Positions 25,679-35,356 of a stretch of DNA of 64,000 nucleotides are shown here, one piece after another. The position numbers and the translations under genes are program-made. Source of the stretch: Macrostomum hystrix. Its lineage: Eukaryota; Animalia; Platyhelminthes. Location of the stretch: positions 4,464,001 to 4,528,000 of the forward strand of contig CATNEN010000033.1 of assembly GCA_950097015.1 (NCBI GenBank), in the 5' to 3' direction. The notes beneath the pieces are model-generated. The model ran no database searches and was not told where the DNA came from. It worked only from the letters and a program-made list of their open reading frames with translations. Positions within the stretch are counted from its first letter, which is position 1. Every line of letters starts with the position of its first letter.

Positions 25679-26637
25679 TCAGTGCTTCAGTGTGTGCCAC
25701 CGCACGGCCTGCTGGCGCGGCTTGTTCATCATCTCCGTCCAGTGCTTGGACTCCTCGGTGGAGGACCTGGTGCCCAGACGGATGCGGCCGATCGTGTCCG
25801 AGCCGATGAAGTCTTTGTCCTTCACCACCATCTCGATGTGGAACTCGTGAATCTTCTCGGCGCTGACGCTGAAGGCGAAGGTCTCGTTCCACTGCGGGTT
25901 GAGATTCTTGTAGATGATGGTGCCTTTCTTCTTGTCGAACTCTTTGTTGGTCTTGCTGTGCACCAGCTTGATGACGCAGTATGGGTCGGAGGTTCGGCCC
26001 AGGTCCATGGCCTTCAGGTCGCGCGCCTTCAGCGTGGCGATCTCCAGCTGGCTGGTCTGCGGATTGTAGCAGAGGCCGACCATCACGTCGCCGACGTAGC
26101 CGCGGGTCTTCTTGTTGGGCTGCAGCTGACGCCACAGGGTGAAGGAGCGCTTCTTCTGGTCCTCGTCGTACAGGAACACCAGCGGGAACAGCACGTCGCC
26201 GATGGCATCGTCCCGACTGAACCGGTCGTAGTCGTACACCTGGATGAAGAGGGTGCGATCCAGCAGCCGCTCGCCTGGGAAGTCCTCGAAGACAAAGACC
26301 TCGTTCCATTTGGGATTCAGTTTGCGCATCTTGATCTTGGTGCGAACTTTGTTGCCCTTGTCCGGCAGGATGCTGATCTTGCAGTAGGGATCAGACGTGC
26401 CCATCGGGAAATCCATTGCTGGCAATTTCTGCGCCTGACAGATCTTGATGGTCAGGTGACGATTTGTCCACTCGTAGCTCACGCTGAAGTTGATGCGGCC
26501 GAGGTTCTGGTCCGGGCCCTCCTCGTACACCTCGTCCAGCTGGGCACGCGATTCGTGATCCGAGCCGTCCGAGCCGCCACCCGCCGCCCCGCCGCTCATG
26601 ATGCCGCTCTTGGCCACGAAAGTGGAGAACAGGCTTG

Positions 26638-26668
<31 letters not shown>

Positions 26669-26851
26669 ATGCTGTCCGTGCAGGCTGCCGCGCGTACTAT
26701 TCTGGAATCGCAGACTGCCCGATCCGTTGCCCAGGCGGCCTGTGGAGGCGGACGCGGCCGGGCCGCCGCTTGACGAAGCCGCGGAGCCGCTGCTCTCCCC
26801 AGTCAGGGTGGACACCAGGAAGTCGGCGAACCCCCTGCCTGCGAGGTTCAT
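25679..26851 (-). CDS. Synaptotagmin-7-like tandem C2A-C2B protein (390 aa from ATG 26851; may be extended by an upstream exon)
   Basis: C2A NLGRINFSVSY..KLPAMDFPMGTSDPY..LNPKWNEVFVFE..VYDYDRFSRDDAIG and C2B LCYNP..KARDLKAMDLGRTSDPY..KNLNPQWNETFAF..VKDKD..HWTEMMNKPRQ..WHTLK parallel the Syt7 C2 domains. Ca2+-ligand aspartates are retained. The C2 region has no introns. Confidence 0.88.
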
Positions 26852-27503
26852 GACGGCCTGCTGGCTATTGCTTACTCCTAGCCAAAATAATTTAGATAAA
26901 GCTCAGAGCTCGCCACAGAGTTTTGGGAGGCCGGCTCACCCTCAGCCGCTTGCATTTATCCCACTCCCCCGGCCCAGTGTCCCCCCGGCTGGCCCGCCAG
27001 CCCCCCCTGTCCCCTCCCAAAATCCGTCCTTGGTTTCTCCTCATTTTTGTAACTATTGGCTGAGACAGCAGGCCGAGAGGGAATGGGATAAGACTGCTGC
27101 GAGCTGCGACGGCTACGCAATCCTCGTCCTCGTCTAGCCTGACTCCGCAGCCTTGTGTCCCTGCTCCACTGCTCTGCTATCCCCTACTTGCTCAAAGGGG
27201 GTAGTTGAGCAGCCTTCCAGGAAGCCAAAGAGATCGGCAAGAGTTGCTTCTGGTTGGCGCATTGAAATGCGGAGAAAGTGGCCGCGATATAAGCCTTGGA
27301 GGGACTCCTCACCGCAAATATCCTACCCTATCCTCACAGCCTATCAGCCTAGCAACCAGTGAGCACCTGGGACCGCCTTGCCGTGCTCATCCTTCCTTCC
27401 CGTCTCTCCGGTTCCCTTTGGCTATTTAGACCTGTTGGTGTCTGTTTTTCTGAGCCGCGAGAAAGAGCTATTTTTCTTCTTTTCTGGGGCTTTCTGGGGC
27501 AAG

Positions 27504-27566
27504 ATAGATTGATAGATTGATAGATTTATAGATTTATAGACTGATAGATTGATGGACTGATAGATT

Positions 27567-27601
<35 letters not shown>

Positions 27602-27714
27602 TGATGGACTGATAGATTGATAGATTGATAGATTGATAGATTGATAGACTGATATATTGATAGATTGATAGACTGATAGATTGCTAGATTGATAGATTGA
27701 TAGATTGATAGATT

Positions 27715-27746
<32 letters not shown>

Positions 27747-27768
27747 CATAGATAGATAGTTAGATAGA
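27504..27768. repeat. (GATA)n/(GATAGATT)n microsatellite
   Basis: Seen directly. Confidence 0.95.
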
Positions 27769-28363
27769 AGTACTAAGCGCCTTTTTCTCAGAAACATCGC
27801 GTGACACTGCTCAAACTGCTACAGACATGAGCAGTGTTTACCCAACAAAGCCTGTCTGAGGTCACGCAATACCATAATATAAAAGTACTCAAAGTTGCTT
27901 TTGAAGCGGGCAAAAGCGGAAGCAAAAATTGGCAGCAGTGACATTAGAACCCAGCATTGGCTATGGGGGGCTCATTGAAATTGCCGCCAGATCCGTTATT
28001 TACGGCTCGCATTCCGGCTCACACATCTCGTCCCAGCCCTGAGCTCAAGGATTCCTTGAGTTGGGCTTGTGGGAGTCCTATGAATATTCCAGCAGTGTAA
28101 ACAAGCCGCATCATCAAACAAGTTATCCCCAGATCACCACTGGGCGGCTTTATTTACAGAATCAGCTGAGAGGGTCGGCAGTCCGGCCCTGCACCTTTGT
28201 CATGCAGAATTCATGCACAATGCATCAGTGTCTCTATTTCATGCCTTCTGAGTCAACATTTTAGCACTCCGGATAGCCAGCATCGCCTCTGGCGTCCAGT
28301 CTGATCTCAATTGAGAACCCCTCACAGCGGACAGATCTGCTGAGTTTATTGATAACCTACTTA

Positions 28364-30018
28364 TCACTCACTCACTCACTTACTTACTCACTCACTCACT
28401 CACTCACTCACTCACTCACTCACTCACTCACTCACTCACTCACTCACTCTCTCACTCACCCACTCACTCACCCACTCACTCACTCACTCACTCACTAACT
28501 CACCCACTCACTCACCCACTCACCCACTCACTCACTCACCCACTCACTCACCCACTCACCCACTCACTCACTCACTCACTCACTCACTCACTCACTCACT
28601 CACTCACTCACTCACTCTCTCACTCACTCACTCACTCACTCACTCACTCACTCACTCACTCACTCACTCACTCACTCACTCACTCACTCACTCTCTCACT
28701 CACTTACTCACTCACTTACTCACTCACTCTCTCACTCACTCACTCACTCACTCACTCACTCACTCACTCACTCACTCACTCACTCACTCACTCACTCACT
28801 CACTCACTCACTCACTCACTCACTCACTCACTCACTCACTCACTCACTCACTCACTCACTCACTCACTCACTCACTCACTCACTCACTCACTCACTCACT
28901 CACTCACTCACTCACTCACTCACTCACTCACTCACTCACTCACTCACTCACTCACTCACTCACTCACTCACTCACTCACTCACTCACTCACTCACTCACT
29001 CACTCACTCACTAACTCACTAACTCACTCACTCACTCACTCACTCACTCACTCACTCACTCACTCACTCACTCACTCACTCACTCACTCACTCACTCACT
29101 CACTCACTCACTCACCCACTCACTCACTCACTTACTCACTCACTCACTCACTCACTCACTCACTCACTCACTCACTCACTCACTCACTCACTCACTCACT
29201 CACTCACTCACTTACTCACTCACTCACTCACTTACTCACTCACTCACTCACCCACTCACTCACTCACTCACTAACTCACTAACTCACTCACTCACTCACT
29301 CACTCACTCACTCACTCACTCACTCACTCACTCACTCACTCACTCACTCACTCACTCACTCACTCACTCACTCACTCACTCACTTACTCACTTACTCACT
29401 CACTCTCTCACTCACTCACTCACTCACTCACTCACTCACTCACTCACTCACTCACTCACTCACTCACTCACTCACTCACTCACTCACTCACTCACTCACT
29501 CACTCACTCACTCACTCACTCACTCACTCACTCACTCACTTACTCACTTACTCACTTACTCACTCACTCTCTCACTCACTCACTCACTCACTCACTCACT
29601 CACTCACTCACTCACTCACTCACTCACTCACTCACTAACTCACTTACTCACTCACTCACTCACTCACTCACTCACTCACTCACTCACTCACTCACTCACT
29701 CACTCACTCACTCACTCACTTACTCACTCACTCACTCACTCACTCACTCACTCACTCACTCACTCACTCACTCACTCACTCACTCACTCACTCACTCACT
29801 CACTCACTCACTCACTTACTCACTCACTCACTCACTCACTCACTCACTCTCTCACTCACTCACTCACTCACTCACTCACTCACTCACTCACTCACTCACT
29901 CACTCACTCACTCACTCACTCACTCACTCACTCACTCACTCACTCACTCACTCACTCACTCACTCACTTACTCACTCACTCACTCACTCACTCACTCTCT
30001 CACTCACTCACTCACTCT
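28364..30018. repeat. (CACT)n tetranucleotide array, about 1.65 kb
   Basis: Seen directly, with occasional CTCT, CTTA, CCCA and CTAA variants. Confidence 0.98.
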
Positions 30019-30493
30019 CTTGATGGCAGCAAGCGCCCAGTTGATTCAAACACGTGTGTGCTTCTTTATTACGACTGCTGGCCTAAACCCAGTTGGGGCA
30101 GAACCAAGTGGCTAAAATGTCTGTCAGTTCTGCCCACCACACAAGTTTTATTTTCATCTGCAGCGACTGATTAGAAATCTGCACCTTGGCGAGTCAGTGA
30201 CCGAAGTCCAAAATTGGAAATCCGAGCTAACAAATCTTCACTGGCAACCCGCTTTAAACATTTATCAGCTGGCTCCTTACTGCCACAAGCGAGCAGCCGC
30301 TGTGCCTATGCGGGCGAAATAGTTCCGCCGGGAATAGCTTTCTAATTACCGATCCCAGCCGCCGAATCAGAAATCTGGCAGTTTCAGCCGACCGTATCGA
30401 CTCTGATTGCTGAAAGCAGACTTTGCAAATTTGTTCCGCCTACCGCAGCTTTCTCAAATTCAGTTTTCTGTACTCAGTGTAAATAAAAAGCGG

Positions 30494-31250
30494 AATCAGA
30501 ATGGATTGCTAGTCCATTCCATGAGGGGATCAGAATGGATTGCTAGTCCATTCCATGACGGGATCAGAATGGATTGCTAGTCCATTCCATGAGGAGATCA
30601 GAATGGATTGCTAGTCCATTCCATGACGGGATCAGAATGGATTGCTAGTCCATTCCATGACGGGATCAGAATGGATTGCTAGTCCATTCCATGACGGGAT
30701 CAGAATGGATTGCTAGTCCATTCCATGAGGGGATCAGAATGGATTGCTAGTCCATTCCATGAGGGGGATCAGAATGGATTGCTAGTCCATTCCATGAGGG
30801 GATCAGAATGGATTGCTAGTCCATTCCATGAGGGGATCAGAATGGATTGCTAGTCCATTCCATGAGGGGGATCAGAATGGATTGCTAGTCCATTCCATGA
30901 GGGGATCAGAATGGATTGCTAGTCCATTCCATGAGGGGATCAGAATGGATTGCTAGTCCATTTCATGAGGGGATCAGAATGGATTGCTAGTCCATCCCAT
31001 GAGGGGATCAGAATGGATTGCTAGTCCATTCCATGAGGGGATCAGAATGGATTGCTAGTCCATTCCATGAGGGGATCAGAATGGATTGCTAGTCCATTCC
31101 ATGAGGGGATCAGAATGGATTGCTTTTCCATTCCATGAGGGGATCAGAATGGATTGCTTTTCCATTCCATGAGGGGATCAGAATGGATTGCTTTTCCATT
31201 CCATGAGGGGATCAGAATGGATTGCTAGTCCATTCCATGAGGGGATCAGA
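30494..31250. repeat. 34-bp minisatellite with internal hairpin (about 22 copies)
   Basis: Unit GGGGATCAGAATGGATTGCTAGTCCATTCCATGA; GAATGGA and TCCATTC form a 7-bp inverted pair. Copies are head-to-tail with no spacers. Confidence 0.95.
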
Positions 31251-31379
31251 ATAAATTGCTTTTCCGTATTCGTTCCGTTTTCCGAAACGAAGATTTTGCA
31301 TTCAGTTCCTTGGACGCAGGCACAACTGTCACATGCCTGCTGTCTTCATCGCCGTCGTCACCTCTCGGATTAACCAGTG

Positions 31380-31606
31380 GGTGTCTGCAAAGTACACGCG
31401 GACAGGGGGATCAGCACCGCCGATTGTCGTCAGTCTCGCCCTGCTGATCCTTTTCCCTCCACTGCCCTCCGCAACGCCCTGCCTGGATTCAACCGCAGGG
31501 ACATATGGGCAGTCACCATGGCCCTCTCTGGCAACGGCTGTTTCGCCAGGCATCACACCGTGCACCCTGACATCACCGGAGACCCTGCGCGACACCGCAG
31601 AGGCTA
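31380..31606 (+). mobile_element. Non-LTR retrotransposon 3' fragment (copy A)
   Basis: Reads DCRQSR..LPGFNRRDIWAVTMALSGNGCFARH, resembling the L..LTGHG.F..HL segment that precedes the C-terminal CCHC of I/R1/LOA-type ORF2. Shares nucleotide similarity with 40128-40410. Confidence 0.6.
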
Positions 31607-31987
31607 GCGAATGCCCCTGCATGCAGCGAAGTCAAAGTTGCCAACTTTTTAAACCTCCCGAGCTTCAGTAAGTGATAAATTGCATCAAGCAAGAGTATGA
31701 CGCATAAAGCTAAAGTTAAACTTTGCATCACTGCCTGACCTGTGCCTAATGCAATCAGTAACTGACAGCAACAAGGCAGTCTGGGTGTTGGTTGACGTAG
31801 CAACACCCAGCCATAGGGGGAGGGTGTCACGCGGGTGTTTGCTGGCCAAGCAAAAGTGCTTGAAGCTTGGCACTGGCGGCATTAGTTAGCGCATGTATAT
31901 ATGAAGCCGGTCAGATTGAGAATTTGGCAGGCTCTGGACACACACGGGCACAGACAGGCAGACAAGATACAAGTCTCAAACACTGCC

Positions 31988-32749
31988 ATGTGGCTGCAGC
32001 TCATTCTGGCGCTGCTGCTGGTGTTCGGCCTGTCAGTGCGGGCGCAAATCGACGGCTACCCGGTGCCCGAGCCGCACTGGAGTCGACATCCGCAGCTGCC
32101 TCGCACAGCTGAGAAAGCGCGCCAACTGCTGAACAACTTCAGCAGCGTCGACTGCGCCAAGTCTTCGACCTGGGGAGAGCATCCGGCCATGACCGACCAC
32201 CTGTGCCCCATGAAGATGGAGCTGCTGTCCAGCCAGCCTGGCATCATCCCGAGGCACCGGGTGCACACCAGCTGCGCCTGCCGCACACAGCGGGGAATCC
32301 TAAATGGCGGAGCCAAGTGCGTCTCTGTGCGCCTTCCGGTCACGGAGCTGCGGCTCATCCCAGGCAGCGACGGAAGCGGCAGGCGGCACTACAGGGAGGT
32401 CATTGTCCTGCGCGAAGTCGGCTGCGCGGCGATTCTGCAGCCGGCAGAGAGCCACGGCCAGGAGAGAGTCCGGCTCACTGGCGCCCTCGTCCGGCTGCTC
32501 GGCCGCAAAGTCGGAGCGGAGCTGTTCAGCAAGCCCGTCTGTCCTGCGTCTCCGCCGACAGCAGCGCCGTCGTTCACCCTGCGAGTGAACGAGCAGCTGC
32601 GGCCGCTGATGCGCCCGATCGCCCGCTGCTTCTGCCCCAGCCAAGTCCCCTCGACGCTGCCCATCGGGGTTTTGCGACTGCTTCCCAACGGAAACCTGCG
32701 CGACGATGTCGAGACGGTCAGCGTCGGCTGCGCGTTGCTCGCTGACTGA
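31988..32749 (+). CDS. Secreted protein (253 aa) with signal peptide and two tandem IL-17/PTTH-like cystine-knot modules; single exon
   Basis: Signal peptide MWLQLILALLLVFGLSVRA. Module 1: LCP..IIPRHRVHTSCAC..KCVSVRLPVTELRL..HYREVIVLREVGCA. Module 2: VCP..LRPLMRPIARCFC..STLPIGVLRL..DVETVSVGCA. GC-rich coding-like composition; AATAAA near 32985. Confidence 0.7.
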   Translation: MWLQLILALLLVFGLSVRAQIDGYPVPEPHWSRHPQLPRTAEKARQLLNNFSSVDCAKSSTWGEHPAMTDHLCPMKMELLSSQPGIIPRHRVHTSCACRTQRGILNGGAKCVSVRLPVTELRLIPGSDGSGRRHYREVIVLREVGCAAILQPAESHGQERVRLTGALVRLLGRKVGAELFSKPVCPASPPTAAPSFTLRVNEQLRPLMRPIARCFCPSQVPSTLPIGVLRLLPNGNLRDDVETVSVGCALLAD

Positions 32750-33184
32750 GATTTTTGCACCAGATTTTCTGCTATCTCAGATTCTCCGCATGGATTTGTC
32801 GGGCACAAGGCTTTTCAATCAGTAATTCTGTTTAATTATCGTTAATGTGTTTAGCTGTTTTCCCCCCCAAAGCTCCCTCCACAATGCCCAGCTCTTGCAT
32901 GCACGCTGTAAATTATTAATTGCTCCCTGACTAAAGAAACCCCATAGGAGACAATCGCTTTTATATCATCTCACATGCATAAAATAAAATGTTGCGTCCT
33001 CAATGCCCAACGGCTGTCAATATTCTTGCTCATTTAATCTCTACGAACACATTCAAGTTACTTTGAGATCGAAACTGACCCCAAATAAGCAGTTTCTAAA
33101 TGTGACCAATTAAATATTTTAAATAAAGTAAAACTCTAGGCACTTGTAAAAGTGCCCGACTCCTATATAGTAAGCTGCTAGATT

Positions 33185-33822
33185 ACTTTAGCTATGAATC
33201 TAGCTGCTGCGATTCCAGCTGTACTTTAGCTATGAATCTAGCTGCTGCGATTCCAGCTGTACTTTAGCTATGAATCTAGCTGCTGCGATTCCACACGTAC
33301 TTTAGTTATGAATCTAGCTGCTGCGATTCCAGCTGTACTTTAGTTATGAATCTAGCTGCTGCGATTCCAGCTGTACTTTAGCTATGAATCTAGCTGCTGC
33401 GATTCCAGCTGTACTTTAGCTATGAATCTAACTGCTGTTATTCCACATGTACTTTAGCAATTAATCTAACTGTTGTGGTTCCATATGTACTTCAGCAATG
33501 AATCTAACTGCTGCGATTCTACATGCAGCTATGAATCCAGCTGAGATTCTGCATGCAGCTATGAATCCAGCTGAGATTCTGCATGCAGCTATGAATCCAG
33601 CTGAGATTCTGCATGCAGCTATGAATCCAGCTGAGATTCTGCATGCAGCTATGAATCCAGCTGAGATTCTGCATGCAGCTATGAATCCAGCTGAGATTCT
33701 ACATGCAGCTATGAATCCAGCTGAGATTCTGCATGCAGCTATGAATCCAGCTGAGATTCTGCATGCAGCTATGAATCCAGCTGAGATTCTGCATGCAGCT
33801 ATGAATCCAGCTGAGATTCTAC
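33185..33822. repeat. Compound minisatellite: 38-bp units grading into 30-bp units
   Basis: GCTATGAATCTAGCTGCTGCGATTCCAGCTGTACTTTA, then GCTATGAATCCAGCTGAGATTCTGCATGCA. Confidence 0.93.
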
Positions 33823-35356
33823 GAGTACTTAAACTGCAATTCTAATTGGACAAACATCTCAAAAAAGCCAAGTCAAACAGAAAATAAAATACGAGCACAT
33901 AATTCTGCATTTGAATGATGGCAAACATTTATTGGCCTATCTAATTTTATTATTCCACAGGTGTTAATTTCAATCCGCACCGCCAACTAGAGCACGGAGT
34001 CGGTGATATCAGACAACAATACCAAACTCGAGACACACACACAAAGCTAACAGACAAAACAGGGTAACAAGCAAAACACGGTGCGCAAATATGGTTGCGA
34101 ATTCAGTAGTGGACAGACAGAATGAAAACACTAAAGCCTTGCATAATTTCTATTGGTTACAGTTGGGAATTCCGAAACCGCAGCCTCATAGAGAGTAAAA
34201 AGATAGAAGAGAAATACCTTATCCTAATAAAAGGCTTTTTATTCAAAGAAATTTGATTATGTTTCAGAAATCTGCTTAAAATCTTTTTAGAAGGCTCGCA
34301 GGCTAAACATTGGTTCCCTTCTCAGCGTGCTTGGGCCTGGACTATTGGCACACACAATTTACAGTGCAGGAAATTACCGACCGATACAGCCTACTGTGAG
34401 TAAAGGGTAGGTAAAAGAAGAGCATAAAAAACACACGGGAAATAATGAGGCGAACTAAAGGGTCAGGTGGGGTCGGGGGCAAGTCAAGAATTGTTAGATT
34501 AACAAAAAAGTATAAAAAAACAAACTTAATAATAAATAATAGGTCTACAATGCGCGCTTATTGCCTGATTATTAACCGCCGATTCGAAACTGAACACCGG
34601 AAACTGCAGCTAAACAATAACAATAATATAGTGTGTAGAATAAATAACTGTGCATATGACAATACTTGCAGTATTCTATAATAGCTAAAGTATAGTATAA
34701 TGCGAAAGCGACAAGTTGCAGATTTGGGAGCCCGGGTTAGCGGCAATGGAAGCACTGCAATAATTGGTCACAATTCGTACAGAGCCCAGCTGTTCCCATG
34801 GCCTGTTGTGTACGGGGGTTGGTCTGATAAAGCCTCGTGGGAATGCGACACCCGGAATCGTATAAATTATAACTCCCTTCATTCGAAGTCATTTTGGGAT
34901 TTGGACCACCGAAGGCTCCTAGTTAGCAACCGCCCAACCGTTCAACAATTGGTCAAAAAGTGGGGCAATATGTGAGGCATATTCTAAGGTGTAACTGTGA
35001 GACGTAAGCACGGCGCAGATTACAAAAGCTACTACAATTTTCAGTGCTTATTAGATCGGTGCTAACACGCGGGGTAAGACAGTGCTCACAAATCAAATAC
35101 GCAAACAGAAATTGGCAATAAAACCCGGTGATTCCCGCAATACGGTTGCTTCCCCAAAAAACAACAGCGACTAAATCAGTGTTTTCAATGGCAGATTTCA
35201 ATTTCCAGAAAGATTTTCAGCCTAAATAAAACTTTGCAACCGTAACGCAACAGACGCTCGCTCGACATAAAAAACAACTACTTGGACAAAAAGCAGACAA
35301 ATAAGCAGAAATCCGATAGTCTATCTAATAAACGAGCCAAGAGTGAATCGCCCGGT

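Noticed and set aside
25541-26773. 410-aa plus-strand ORF
   Set aside because: Antisense shadow of the Syt7-like CDS. The same applies to 35432-36145 and 36602-37276 (PDI) and 6432-7538 (SSUH2-like).
30494-31250. CRISPR array (34-bp palindromic repeats)
   Set aside because: Repeats are contiguous with no unique spacers, there are no cas genes, and the context is eukaryotic.
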